Shown: positions 47,403 through 58,894, numbered from the stretch's first letter. The stretch: DNA of 64,000 nt from Nibricoccus sp. (GCA_047602425.1 JASGHG010000001.1:2752001-2816000); one strand, 5' to 3'. The notes: a model not told the origin generated them from the sequence alone. A program made the numbers and translations.

Positions 47403-47939
47403 ATGAAATATTTCGACGAACTCAAACGCTCGATGGACTGGCTGGCCCGCGATCCGCGCGTGCTTTTTCTTGGGCAAGCCGTGGAAGTCCCTGGCACCGC
47501 AATGAGCAACACGCTCAAAGACGTGCCGCGCGAAAAACTCCTTGAGATGCCGGTCGATGAAGACATGCAGATGGGAATTACCAACGGGCTTGCGCTTCAG
47601 GGTCACGTCCCGGTCTCCATTTTTCCTCGGTGGAATTTTCTCCTTTTGGCAACGAACCAGATCGTCAACCACCTCGACAAGATCCACACGATGTCGGCCG
47701 GCGGTTACGCACCGAAGGCGATTATCCGCACCGGCATCGGCTCAGAGCGCCCGCTACATCCGGGTCACCAGCATGTTGGTGACTACACGGAGGCTTTTCG
47801 CCACCTGTGCAAATGGATCGACATCATCCGCGTGGATGAACCCGAACAAATCTTTCCCGCCTACGAAAAAGCACTCCTCCGCGAGGACGGACGCTCGACC
47901 GTAATTGTCGAATGGGGCGACTTCTATAGCGAAAAATGA
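47403..47939 (+). CDS. Minimal TPP-dependent enzyme, E1-beta pyrimidine-binding domain only
   Basis: FLGQ, EMPVDE..QMG...G.AL.G..P, G.QH; 178 aa. Confidence 0.8.
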   Translation: MKYFDELKRSMDWLARDPRVLFLGQAVEVPGTAMSNTLKDVPREKLLEMPVDEDMQMGITNGLALQGHVPVSIFPRWNFLLLATNQIVNHLDKIHTMSAGGYAPKAIIRTGIGSERPLHPGHQHVGDYTEAFRHLCKWIDIIRVDEPEQIFPAYEKALLREDGRSTVIVEWGDFYSEK

Positions 47940-49120
47940 ACACCACCACCACGCTCGACTGGCCGCTGATGGCCAACAATGTCACCCGGTCGGATCTTGA
48001 TCGATTGATCGCTCATTTGCAGCAGCCCGATCCGCGTCTGACGCACGGCCCCGCCGTCCGCTCGTTCGAACGCGAATGGGCCAAGTGGACCGGCACGAAA
48101 TATTGCGTGATGCTGAATTCCGGTTCCTCGGCCAACGAGCTGACGATGCTCGCACTGCGTGCCATGAAGGGGGAAGGGGAGGTTATTGTGCCGCCGCTCA
48201 CCTGGGTTTCTGATATTGCTTCGGTATTGCACGCGGGACTCACGCCAGTTTTTGCCGATATCAATCCGCGCACACTCGGCATGGATACTGAAGAGATTCT
48301 CAAAAAAATCACGCCGCGCACGAAGGCCGTTTTTCTTACGCATATCCTCGGTTACAACGCCCTGACGCGCCGCCTGGTCGATGAACTCGCACGACTCGGC
48401 ATTCCGCTCATCGAGGATGTTTGCGAATCCCACGGCGCAACCTTTGAAGGCCGTCGTTGCGGTAGCTGGGGTTGGGCTTCCAACTTCTCATTTTATTATG
48501 CGCACCATCTCAGTACGATCGAGGGCGGCTGCGTTTGCACAAATGACGAGGAGCTTTACGAAACCGTGCGCATGATGCGTTCGCACGGCATGACGCGTGA
48601 GATCGACAACACCGCCATGCGTCAGAGCTGGGGGAACCGCCACCCAGATCTAAATCCCGATTTCATCTTTGCGCATGCCTCCCACAATATGCGCGCCACG
48701 GAGTTGCAAGGTGTGCTTGGCCTCGCTCAGCTTCCCCGCCTCGACGCCAACAACGTCACGCGCAGCGAAAATCTCCGGGCGTTTCTCTCGGGCCTCGATT
48801 CCTCAAGATTCTTCACCGAGTTCGACCAGAACGGTAGCAGCAATTACGCCTTCACTTTGATCCTGCGCCAACCCGACACGGCTTTGCGCGATCGCATCGA
48901 GGCGACCCTTCGCGCCGCTCGGGTCGAGTTTCGTCGCGGCACCTCCGGTGGAGGCAATCAGCTTCGCCAGCCCTACATGCGGCAGCGCTTCCCCAAGCTA
49001 AATCCACAGGATTTTCCTCACGTGGATCACATCCATTTCTTCGGTTGGTACATTGGCAATTACCCCGATCTTGATGCATCGCTCATTCCGCAACTTTGCG
49101 CGCTGGTTAATACTGCATAA
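47936..49120 (+). CDS. DegT/DnrJ fold PLP enzyme, ColD/E1-like 3-dehydratase
   Basis: NSGSSAN, EDVCESHG, SFYYAHHLSTIEGG with His in place of the Schiff-base Lys. Confidence 0.82.
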   Translation: MNTTTTLDWPLMANNVTRSDLDRLIAHLQQPDPRLTHGPAVRSFEREWAKWTGTKYCVMLNSGSSANELTMLALRAMKGEGEVIVPPLTWVSDIASVLHAGLTPVFADINPRTLGMDTEEILKKITPRTKAVFLTHILGYNALTRRLVDELARLGIPLIEDVCESHGATFEGRRCGSWGWASNFSFYYAHHLSTIEGGCVCTNDEELYETVRMMRSHGMTREIDNTAMRQSWGNRHPDLNPDFIFAHASHNMRATELQGVLGLAQLPRLDANNVTRSENLRAFLSGLDSSRFFTEFDQNGSSNYAFTLILRQPDTALRDRIEATLRAARVEFRRGTSGGGNQLRQPYMRQRFPKLNPQDFPHVDHIHFFGWYIGNYPDLDASLIPQLCALVNTA

Positions 49121-49148
49121 CGATATTCCTTAACTCTTCTCTACCGCC

Positions 49149-50672
49149 ATGGCACGCCCACTCGATGTCCTCTTCGTCAATGCGGATTCTGCAACCTCCG
49201 CCTATCAGGCACTCGCCAAGGATTTCGCCGCCATCGAACCACCGACCTGGTCGCTGCTCCTGGCTCAGAGCTGCCGTGCGCAGGGATTTGGCGTCGCGCT
49301 GATCGATGCGACGGCGGAACGGCTCACTCATGAGCAGACCGTCGCCCGCATTGCTGCGGCTGCTCCCCGGCTCGTCTGCTTTGTCGTTTACGGCCAAAAT
49401 CCAAATTCCGGCACGACCAACATGATTGGCAACACCGCCTGTTGTCGTCTGCTGAAGGACGTTCATCCCGAGATGAAGACCTGCTTTGTGGGTTCCCACA
49501 CCAGCGCGCTGCCCCGGGAAGTTATCGCGTTGCCTTATGTGGATTTCATTTTGCTCAACGAAGGCGTGTACGCGCTCCACAATCTGCTGCGCAGCGACCT
49601 CGTCACTCAACTCGAAAAGATTAACGGCATCGGTTACAAAATCGACGGCGTCACGGTGCTGAACGCGCCGGAACGCGTGGTGCCGAACGACCGCATGGAC
49701 ATCGATCTGCCCGGCTACGCCTGGGATCTTTTGCCCTATCGCGAAAAGCCCCTCGATCTCTATCGCGCTCATTTCTGGCACGCGGAATTTAATCACGATA
49801 AGCGGACGCCGTTTGCGTCGCTCTACACGTCCCTCGGCTGCAAGTTCAAGTGCGACTTCTGCATGGTCAATATCGTGAATCGCACGAGCAACGAGGAAGG
49901 TACTGTTTCGGCGCATTCGCCGAATATGCGGTTTTGGTCGCCTGCATTTATTCTGAAGGAGTTCGAAAAGCTGGCCGGCTACGGCGTGCAATCCATCCGG
50001 ATTTCGGACGAAATGTTTTTCCTCAACAAAAACTATTTCGAACCGCTAATCGACGGACTCATCGAACGCGATTTCGGACTGCGGATGTGGGCGTATTCGC
50101 GTGTGGATACCGTGCGCAAACAATACCTGGAAAAGTTTCGCAAGGCTGGCATTGGCTGGCTCGCACTCGGAGTCGAAGCGGCAAACCAGCAAATTCGCCG
50201 CGAAGTTTCCAAGGGCACCTTTGAGGAGATCAACATCCGTGAGGTCGTCGGCACCGTTCGAGAAGCCGGTATAAATGTTATCGCCAATTATATTTTCGGT
50301 TTCCCCGACGATACCCACGAAACGATGCAGCAGACGCTCGATCTGGCGTTGGAGCTCAACACCGAGACGGCGAACATGTATCCTTGTCAGGCCCTTCCCG
50401 GCAGTCCGCTCCATCGCACCGCGGTCGCCAATGGATGGAAGCTGCCGGAAGATTATTCGGGCTACGCGTTTCTCTCCTACGAAAGCCAGCCGCTACCTAC
50501 AAAACATCTCTCCGCGGCCGAAGTCCTGCGCTTCCGCGATCAGGCTTGGCATACCTATTTCTCCAACCCTGCTTACCTCGCTCTTGTCGAAAGCAAGTTT
50601 GGTCTCGCCCAGAGGAAAAATGTAGAAGAAATGAGCAGGATTCAGTTGAAGCGAAAGTTGCTCGAGGCATAG
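49149..50672 (+). CDS. B12-binding radical SAM protein
   Basis: N-terminal cobalamin-binding-like domain (VGSH), CKFKCDFC, LGVE, YIFGFP. Confidence 0.88.
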   Translation: MARPLDVLFVNADSATSAYQALAKDFAAIEPPTWSLLLAQSCRAQGFGVALIDATAERLTHEQTVARIAAAAPRLVCFVVYGQNPNSGTTNMIGNTACCRLLKDVHPEMKTCFVGSHTSALPREVIALPYVDFILLNEGVYALHNLLRSDLVTQLEKINGIGYKIDGVTVLNAPERVVPNDRMDIDLPGYAWDLLPYREKPLDLYRAHFWHAEFNHDKRTPFASLYTSLGCKFKCDFCMVNIVNRTSNEEGTVSAHSPNMRFWSPAFILKEFEKLAGYGVQSIRISDEMFFLNKNYFEPLIDGLIERDFGLRMWAYSRVDTVRKQYLEKFRKAGIGWLALGVEAANQQIRREVSKGTFEEINIREVVGTVREAGINVIANYIFGFPDDTHETMQQTLDLALELNTETANMYPCQALPGSPLHRTAVANGWKLPEDYSGYAFLSYESQPLPTKHLSAAEVLRFRDQAWHTYFSNPAYLALVESKFGLAQRKNVEEMSRIQLKRKLLEA

Positions 50673-50720
50673 CCTGGAGCTTCTTCCGCCGAACAGAACC
50701 AAGGAGAAATCCTGCGACAC

Positions 50721-53700
50721 ATGAATGACGAGATTCGAGTTCTGTTCCTCAATCCCGAGCAATATTTCGATTTTGAAAAAGAGCCTTCGAATCTGGAGCT
50801 GCGGCTCCCGATTCTGAATTGCGGTCTGAATATCCGGCACCGCGATCATATTTATCAGCGCGACCTGCGGGCGCATGGTCGACAGGAAATGAACGAAGCG
50901 GTCTGGCGGCAGACGCTCGAATTTGATCCGCACCTCGTCATCTATTCGACGACGTGGCCGCACGAATCCCTCGACGCCAGCGTCCTGAAAAAAATCCTGA
51001 ACAAGGGGATTCCGATTCTGACTCATGTGTGGGATACGCATATCGAGCCGGCTCCGCACGAGTGGGATTGGTTCACGAGTTGCTCGCATTTTGCCGTCGC
51101 CGACTCGGTGACGAATTTTTCCCGCTATCATTCTCTGGCGCGCCATCTCGGCAGTCCCGAAGTCCTGCTGACGACCGGAAACCTCGTCTTCACCGATGTC
51201 TTCCAACGCAAGCCACTGCAAAAAATCTTTGATGTGGCGATGGTCGGAAGCATGGAAGGGGGCCGTGTGGCGTTTATCAATGCCGTGAGCTCGCGGCTCG
51301 CATCCAAAGGTCGGAACCTTCACGTCGCTGGCGGACTCGTTGACAGCAAAAAAGGAAGTGGGCGCGACGCGGCAAGCGATGGCTGGGTGTCGCCCGAAAA
51401 ATACGCCGACATTCTCAACCAGAGCCGAATCGGGCTGAGCACCCAAACCGATCCGCACCGGAGCCAGATCAAAGGCAAGGTGTTTCACTACATGTCCTGC
51501 GGGATTCTCTGCCTCACCGATCGGAACGCTGAGATCGAGCAGATCATTCCCGACGATTGCGTTGTCTATTTTGAATCCGAGGAAGATTGTGCGGAAAAAA
51601 TCCATTACTATCTGGAAAACGAAGCGGAGCTGAACCGGATCGCCACTGGAGGTTACGATTGGTTCCATAATACGTTTGATTACAAAAAATTCTGGTCCGC
51701 CACGCTGCCGGCTATCTTGGAGCAAAAACATTTTTCCAAGCCTGCCTGGCTCAGAACCCCGGCCCCGGCTCCTTTGTTATTTTCCAGCGCTCGTACGTCT
51801 GATGAATCCGGTACTCCGGAATTGGCACGAAATTTCTCCGGCGGGAACTTTGCTGCCGTCGCGCAGGGTGAAGCCGACGGATCTTGGCGGCATTTCGCCG
51901 CGCAGGGACTCGTCGGCAACACGCGTCCAGCCTTGGAGGGGCTTGCGCAGTTCGGCAATCCTGAGGCACGTTTTTATTCCGGGGTTTCCTCTTGGATTTT
52001 CGGTGATGACGCCGCTGCACTGAAAACTTTGGAAGGGATCGATCTTCCTGCTGCCGTTCGGTTGCGGGAATTGATTTCACGACCGCGCATCGACGTCCTG
52101 ACCCAATGCCCTGCGGGATCCAGCCAATATGTGCCGGATTTTTCCTCCTGCGCGGAGGATCGGTTTCGAATCAAAAACATCGCTACCGAAGGAGGAGACG
52201 GGCTGCGGCATTCGCGTGTTTCCCCCGGCACCGATGTTCGAGATTTTTTGAGCGGCGATTTTAGCCCGGCGTTTTATCTTTGCCGCGAAATCGAATGGAT
52301 GGCCCTTCCCACCAACCTTCACAAGCTGGAGTGCCCGGTCTTTGGCCACACCGAAGACTACGATATTCACGTGCAGGCGATTTTTTCTCAGTATGGCCTT
52401 TTCGACAGCGTAGTGACTTGTGGCTCCCACGAATGGAACGCCTTGTCTCGCATGCTTCCGGTGCCGGTCTGCACGTTTCCGAAGGCATATGGCCTTCAGA
52501 ATGGCCTTCCTGAACTCGGCAAAGATAAGCGCGACATCGACCTCTTTTTTTCCGGGACAATTTTTCACCCTTACCACCCGGACAAGGCAAAGTTCGTCAA
52601 CGGACTGCTGGATCGTGTGGACGACTCGCTAAACCTGAAAGTGATTTCCAGTCACCTTCTCCCTGACGACTATTTCAAGCTATTAGGTCGCACGAAAATC
52701 TGCCTGCCCTATGTGCGCTTCGATGGTTCGATGCCGACGCGTGGGATGGAAGCTCTGGCGATGGGAAACGCGCTCATTGTTCAAAAAGGTTGCTCGCTTC
52801 CTGCTTACTTTGGCGAAGAGGACGGAGTTTTTACCTGCGACTATTCGAGCGCTGAGTTGCCGGCTTTGATCGAAAAAATTTCGAAGAACTGGCCGGACGT
52901 CGCCCCGCAAGCCGAGCGCGGCGCGCGCCGGATTCGCGAAGAGTTTTCGATGCGGAAGGTGACATCGGAATACCTGCGGTTCCTCACCGTGTTGGCCGCG
53001 ATGGCTCCGCGGCGGGAAAAGCATGCTCTTGGCGACACACGCAGCAAGCGCTCGGTGATCAGCGTCGGCTGGACGCACGATTCCGACTATTATCTCGAAT
53101 CGCTTGCCGCGATGTCCCGCAATTTTGCAGATACCGCTTGGTTTTCACCGACGGCGATCAACGATTTTGCCCGGGAACTCTTGCTCTTTCACGCGACCTC
53201 GGCGGACCAGAAAGTTGTTGATAAGATCACGCGGTGGGGACGCTGGCCGGTTCCAGTTCCTGAGTTTCTCGGCAAGGCGCTGGACCTTCTGCGTGGCGGT
53301 ATCGCCATGTTCCCCCGCTTCCTCGCTTTGCAGTTCAACCTCATGCGCGCTCTTCACCATTTTGGCGGAGCGGCGGTCGAGGTTGGGAAGATGGCGGAAG
53401 CGATCGCGGAGTCGCACGAATCCGACTGGGATATTGGCCCGCTCGACGACGTTTTGCCTTACGACTTTTTCCCCGATCACTTCAACTACCGCTCATACTT
53501 CGACCTGACGGTGAACGTGCTGAGCGAGAGGAAAGAAAGAGCCCCCGGGCTTTTCCCTCTGATTCGCGCCTCTGCCGCACACTACTTGACGATGGCAGGC
53601 GGTTCGGTCGAGTGCGCGCGCAAGGCTGTCGAGTGGGATCCGGAATTTCCGCTCTATCGGGTCGATCTAGCCAAGCGGCTCGCCGCCACGAAAAGTTTCC

Positions 53701-53873
53701 GCCAGGAGGCTGCGCAAATCCTCGCGGCACTCGCTGGTGAGGATATCATTCCCCTCGGCGCGTGGGACGAATTACAGAAGTTGAATCTCTCGTCAGAACT
53801 TCCGCCGGAGACGGCGCAAGCGCTGGCCGTTCGGATCGGTCGCATCCGGGCCCGGATCGAGCAGAAACGCTAA
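50721..53873 (+). CDS. Large protein with two GT-B (CgeB-like) glycosyltransferase domains
   Basis: Twice: D..F.G....R/K...Y..IL....I...K/R..E/H...G..L pattern; helical C-terminus. Confidence 0.7.
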   Translation: MNDEIRVLFLNPEQYFDFEKEPSNLELRLPILNCGLNIRHRDHIYQRDLRAHGRQEMNEAVWRQTLEFDPHLVIYSTTWPHESLDASVLKKILNKGIPILTHVWDTHIEPAPHEWDWFTSCSHFAVADSVTNFSRYHSLARHLGSPEVLLTTGNLVFTDVFQRKPLQKIFDVAMVGSMEGGRVAFINAVSSRLASKGRNLHVAGGLVDSKKGSGRDAASDGWVSPEKYADILNQSRIGLSTQTDPHRSQIKGKVFHYMSCGILCLTDRNAEIEQIIPDDCVVYFESEEDCAEKIHYYLENEAELNRIATGGYDWFHNTFDYKKFWSATLPAILEQKHFSKPAWLRTPAPAPLLFSSARTSDESGTPELARNFSGGNFAAVAQGEADGSWRHFAAQGLVGNTRPALEGLAQFGNPEARFYSGVSSWIFGDDAAALKTLEGIDLPAAVRLRELISRPRIDVLTQCPAGSSQYVPDFSSCAEDRFRIKNIATEGGDGLRHSRVSPGTDVRDFLSGDFSPAFYLCREIEWMALPTNLHKLECPVFGHTEDYDIHVQAIFSQYGLFDSVVTCGSHEWNALSRMLPVPVCTFPKAYGLQNGLPELGKDKRDIDLFFSGTIFHPYHPDKAKFVNGLLDRVDDSLNLKVISSHLLPDDYFKLLGRTKICLPYVRFDGSMPTRGMEALAMGNALIVQKGCSLPAYFGEEDGVFTCDYSSAELPALIEKISKNWPDVAPQAERGARRIREEFSMRKVTSEYLRFLTVLAAMAPRREKHALGDTRSKRSVISVGWTHDSDYYLESLAAMSRNFADTAWFSPTAINDFARELLLFHATSADQKVVDKITRWGRWPVPVPEFLGKALDLLRGGIAMFPRFLALQFNLMRALHHFGGAAVEVGKMAEAIAESHESDWDIGPLDDVLPYDFFPDHFNYRSYFDLTVNVLSERKERAPGLFPLIRASAAHYLTMAGGSVECARKAVEWDPEFPLYRVDLAKRLAATKSFRQEAAQILAALAGEDIIPLGAWDELQKLNLSSELPPETAQALAVRIGRIRARIEQKR

Positions 53874-53875
53874 TC

Positions 53876-56800
53876 ATGGAGACAACCTCACAACATCTTT
53901 CGCGCGAGCAGCTCATCGCTTCCCTGCGATCCTGCGCGGCATCGGTTGCCGGCTCGTCGACTGCACTTGCTGCGCAGATTGCCGCTGAAAAATTTTCGTT
54001 TGAATCGGAATTTGCCGTAGCGTGCGGCGGGGGGCTGAGCGAAATCCTTGCGGTTCCGGCGCCAGCTCAAGGCCAGGAGACACCAGTACTGCCGCTCGGG
54101 ACTCTCCAGCAGGTTTTGGCTCAGCAGTCGCCGCAGCCGTGCGTAATTCCGCCGATCCAAGGCGGCAAAACCAAGCGTCCTCTCTGGACAGTCGCCATTC
54201 CTGCGTGCGATCCGAATCCTGAATACTTTTCAGTCCTTCTCTCGCGTGTGGTTAGGGCGCTCTCTAAAACTGCGTCATGGGAAATTGTGATTGTTGACGG
54301 GTCTTCAAAAAAAGAAGCGTTCGCCTCGGTGGCCGATCTGCTTTCCAAGCACGCCATCAGCATCTTTTCTCTCTCAGAGGGCGCGGGTCCGCTTGCAGCC
54401 CGAAACGAGTGCCTCCGTCGTGCTCGGGGCGAATTTGTACATATCCTCCAGCAAGATGATTTCGTTTTTGAACATTTTTATTCTGAACTCGGAGCCGCTT
54501 TGAAGTCGCATCCCCAGGCCGGGTTAGCCGCCTGTCGCAACGAGTTTATCGATTCCCGTGGGCAGGTGATTTCGATCAAGGCCGGTCAGGAAAAAAGCGG
54601 TCTCTATTGCGACACGACTTTTGCCGTCGTGTGGGCTTATCGAATTCCCTTTTCCGCGGTGGTTGTGCGACGAGCGCTTTACGAAAAGCTCGGTGGATTT
54701 CACGAAGACCTCGGACTCTGGGCGGAATGGGAGATGCGCGCGCGGCTTCTTGCCGCTTCGCCGCTCTGGTTTCATCAGGACGTATTGATGTTGCCCCGCC
54801 TTCACGCCGCGAGCTGGCGGCAGAAAGAAATGCGTGCGGCCCGCGGTCTGGACGCATGCGCCCAGGCTGTTTCCAGAGCAATCAAATACTATCCTGCGTC
54901 TATCTCCAAGGATTTCGGGAAGATCTCTGCCGATCTTTTCGCCCGGGAATTCGCCCACTTTGGATGCTGCCTGGTCACCGCCAATCAACTTCGCGAGGGA
55001 ATGGTTCATTTCGAAGCGGCGACACGCCTCAGTTCGCACCCGAATATTTTGGAAATTGCGAAACGAAGATCCTTCCACCTGCTCAAGTCCCAAATGTTGA
55101 AGACGAGCGCCACACCAACCAGTTCGCCAAGCCAAGACCAGCCGCAATCGGCGGCGGCTGACGGAGATTTTTTCCCGGCGGACGAACTGCAAAATCTGCA
55201 ATCAGTCGTGGCGGCCTACCGCGCTACTCCGGCGGATCCTGACGCGGTCGGGCAGGCCCGGGCCTTGCGCAACGGACTTTGCACCTACCTGCTGGATGCC
55301 GAGGCGGCTTCACTCCAAAACCTTTTTGCCGGCAACTTTAAAAAAGTATTTTTATTGGTTTGGGAAAGCGGCATTACGGCGGAAGATGCGGGCGACGAGG
55401 AAAAACAACTTGCGCAGCGCGCCGTCGAGATTTTGTCGGCATCATCGGGCGATCCTCGCGGTCTGCTCGCCACGATGCTGCTTTTTCCGGCCCATCGAGC
55501 GGTTCTCAAAGTGGAATTTTCAGGCAAGCCGGATTGGCTCTTGGGAATGTACATGGACTATCTTTTGGCCAGCCCGGATGGCTTTGTGCTGCCGGGCGAA
55601 GCCGATCGGTATTGGGAGCATCTGTCCGCCATTCTCACATCGGCAGGGGACGAGATTGCCCGCAGAACCACGGCGTTGTCCGTGAAGAACGCTCTTTTTC
55701 AAGTGGCGCTTAGACTCAATGTGATTCCCGCATACTTCTCGGAGCGCGACATGAAGGAGCTCATGCGGATGCGGGCTCGGGTGGTTCGGTTTCTCCTGGA
55801 GCAAAATGGCCATCGCCTTGAAGCGACGTTTCCACCGCGGCCGTTTCACCGCAAAAAAATTCGGGTCGGTTTTCTCAGCGCGCATCTCGGACCGCAAACC
55901 GAGACTTATACAAGCGTGCCTTCGTTTTACCTCGACCGGGAAAAATTTGAGATTCACCTCTTCGTGCTTGGGAGCAATCCGAGCGCCATCGAGAATCACG
56001 CTCGCAGCGTGGCCGATTCGTTCACCGTGTTGCCACCGCAACTCGCCGCACGTATCGCAGCCTTGCGCGGCGCCGAGCTCGATGTGCTCGTCATTGGTAC
56101 AAACATGACAGCTGTCACCAACGACGTTACGCTTCTGGGCTCCTGTCGATTGGCACCCATCCAGATCGCGTCGAGTTCCTCGCCCATGACTCCCGGACTG
56201 CCACACCTCGATGGATTTCTGTCGGGAATTGTCCACGGTTACGATGCGTACAGCGGACAATATAACGAGCGGCTCCTCCTTTTCGACGGCGCCATTAGCT
56301 GTCTCGAATATTCGGTGGACCGTCCGAAAACTGAAACCGTTTTCAAACGCCGGGATTTTGGAATTCCCGACGGGGTTCCGATTTTTGTCAGTGGGGCAAA
56401 TTTCTTTAAAATCCTACCCGAGCTTCAGGCCACTTGGGCCAAAGTTCTCCAACGAGTTCCGGGCTCGTATCTCCTCCTCCATCCTTTTAATCGGAACTGG
56501 TCGAGTCGGTATCCGATCGCTCGCTTCCGGCGCGATATTTGCCGGGTGTTCGAGCAGGCGGGCGTTGATCCCGCTCGCATCGTCATTTCCGAAAAGACGC
56601 TTCCTTCCAGTGCGGATGTTTGCCAGCTCATGGCCTTGGGTGACGTCTATCTCGATTCGTTCCCTTTTTCCGGCAGCGTCTCTCTCGTGGATCCTCTGGA
56701 GGCGGGAGTTCCGCCCGTTGCGTGGCGCGCCTTCTCCACGCGCGGTCTCATGGCGGCTTCGATGCTTTCTGACCTCGATCTTCGCGAACTCGTGGCGGAA

Positions 56801-57863
56801 TCTGAGGAAGAGTATGTCGCATCGGCTCGTCCGTCTCGCTACCGATGCGCAGGAACGTGAACGGATCAGCGCGAAAATCCGTTCAGCCATGGCTGCCGGT
56901 CCGAGATTTTTTGATGTCCAAAAATATGGCCGGGAAGTCAGTCGCGTGCTGGAGGAAGTCGTCCTTGCGGAACGCAAGACCGAGGCGGTTCCCGCTAGCA
57001 AAGAAATCGTTCGCCGCGCGGAAACGGCTTTGGTTTCCGGGCGGCTCGGTGAGGTCGAGGACCTTTGTCGATATTTGCTTGAACGTGAACCGGCGACTGC
57101 TGCGTGCTGGGCTTTGCTCGCCGAACTCGCCCGCCGATGTGGCGACCTCAGTTATGCCTCCGATCTCATCAGCCAAGCTGTGGAACTGGAACCCAACCGC
57201 GCGGACTTTTGGAGCGCACTCGGGGAAATCCGCCGCGAAAACGCGGACTCCGATGGCGCGATGGAAGCGTTCAACCGTGCCCTCGAGCTAAGCTCGGCCC
57301 TCCCGAACGCGTGGCTTGGAAAGGCCGTCGTGCACGCCGGGCGGAAGGAGTTCGCGGAGGCGGAAAAAGCCTACAGCCAAGCACTCGTTTCCTCGAAAGA
57401 CCGCGTAGAGACCGCCCGAATTCGCGTGAGCTTCGCCAGCTTCCTCAAGGAGCAAAAAAGGATAAAGGAGGCGATCAAGCAGATGCACCAAGCGGTTTCG
57501 GCGGCACCCGACTCGTGCGAGACGATGCTTCTTCTTGGATCATTTCTCAGGGAAAGCGGCGACTTGGTTGAAGCCGCTTCAACCTTCTCTCGCGTCGTCA
57601 AAAAATTCCCGGATTCCGCCAAGGGCTGGATCGAATGGGGCAACGTTCTCCTTCTTTCGGGCAAATGTGGCGAAGCAGTTGAAAAAATGCGGAAGGCGGT
57701 GGCCTGTCAGCCGGACGACCCCGACGCCCTGTTCAATTTGGGACATGCCTTGCAGCGGAACGGTCAGCGCACGGAGGCTCTCCAGGCATATCGCGATGCA
57801 GAACGCGCTGGGTGCGATGCCGAGGATTTACACACCCGGATCGGAGCGCTTTTGAAAGAGTAG
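53876..57863 (+). pseudogene. GT2 + GT41-like + TPR multidomain glycosyltransferase, frameshifted near 56828 and apparently truncated
   Basis: GT2 (RNECL..A.GEFVHILQQDD), GT41-like (SGANFFKI, DSFPFSG); removing one base restores EEYVASAVRLATD into the TPR frame; stop falls mid-TPR. Could be a sequencing error. Confidence 0.7.
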
Positions 57864-57962
57864 GTGCAACGCAGCGCCGGCCTTTTCCATCAAGGCTGTG
57901 GTTATAAAAAACCGAGATGGCCGGGCGGGAAACCGCGGCGGCTGCGAGCGACGAAGAACTGC

Positions 57963-58894
57963 TCAGCGATGAGCTTCCATATAGGTGCAAATGGTCGCAG
58001 CGATGGCGGAGGGGCTGAGGTTGCTGGCTTCGCGAGCATGGGTCGGATCGCTGTGGGGCCGAGGAATTCGTCTTCTGTTCCCAAGCGCAGGAGGCGTGCA
58101 TGCTGCCGTCCGGAATTGTCTGTCAGCCATTCCGAAACAGCAGATCCAAATCCACCAATCCGGCTGTGTTCCTCGATGGTGACAACCAGTTCGTCCTTTG
58201 TGAAGTAGCGCAGGAGGGCCGAGGTATCCAACGGCTTAATACTGGCACAACTGCAAACCCGGGGGCACAGGCTGGTTTGCTCAAGAATGTCGGCGGCCCT
58301 GATCGCGGCCGACATCAGGCTGCCGGTTACAAGCAGGGTGACCCTGGAACCTTGCCGAACTTGTTTCCAGACACCAAATGAAAAGGCTGGTCGTTCCGGG
58401 AAAAAGGCGGATTCGCCCTTCGCGCCAATGCGGATGTAGGTGGGGCCGTTCTCGCTCAGGGCAGCGCGGAGGCAGGAGCGAAGTTCCATCGGGTCGGCGG
58501 GAGCCAGCACGCGCATGCCGGGGAGGGTGCGCATGGCGGCGATATCCTGGAGCGCGAGATGGGATTCGCCTTTGGCGATTGCGGATAGTCCGGTGTCGGT
58601 GCCGACGATCACGACCGGCAGGCCATGATAACAGACATCGAATTTAATTTGATGAAGATACTCGGAGCTGGCGGAGGACGCATTGAGGACGCACAAGGGC
58701 CTCAGGCCAGAGCTGGCCAGTCCCGCGGCGAGGCCGATCGTGGCGCCGCGTTCTCCACTGGTATCGAAAAGTTGCTTGGGCTGGGCGCTGCCAAATTTTT
58801 GAAACAGTGTGGGCTCGTCGAGTGCGTTGAGCACCACGAGCCGTGCCTCGGTTGCGGCCAGACGGCTGGCTTCATCGACGAGGGCATTTTTCAT
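57963..58894 (-). pseudogene. Transketolase C-terminal subunit-like, degenerate active site, frameshift near 58052-58058
   Basis: AAGLA..GLRP, DVCYH.LPVVIVG, PAD..E, YIRIG, TIEEH..IGGFG; alternative frame SDPTHAREASNLSPSAIAATI ends at TGA 57963. Confidence 0.7.

Noticed and set aside
46782..47939. Pyruvate dehydrogenase pdhA/pdhB
   Set aside because: The subunits are too short, there are no E2/E3 genes, and the pair is embedded in a sugar operon
56211..56828. N-terminal part of the 550-aa ORF as an independent gene
   Set aside because: It overlaps the GT41-like domain out of frame; only the part after 56828 looks protein-like
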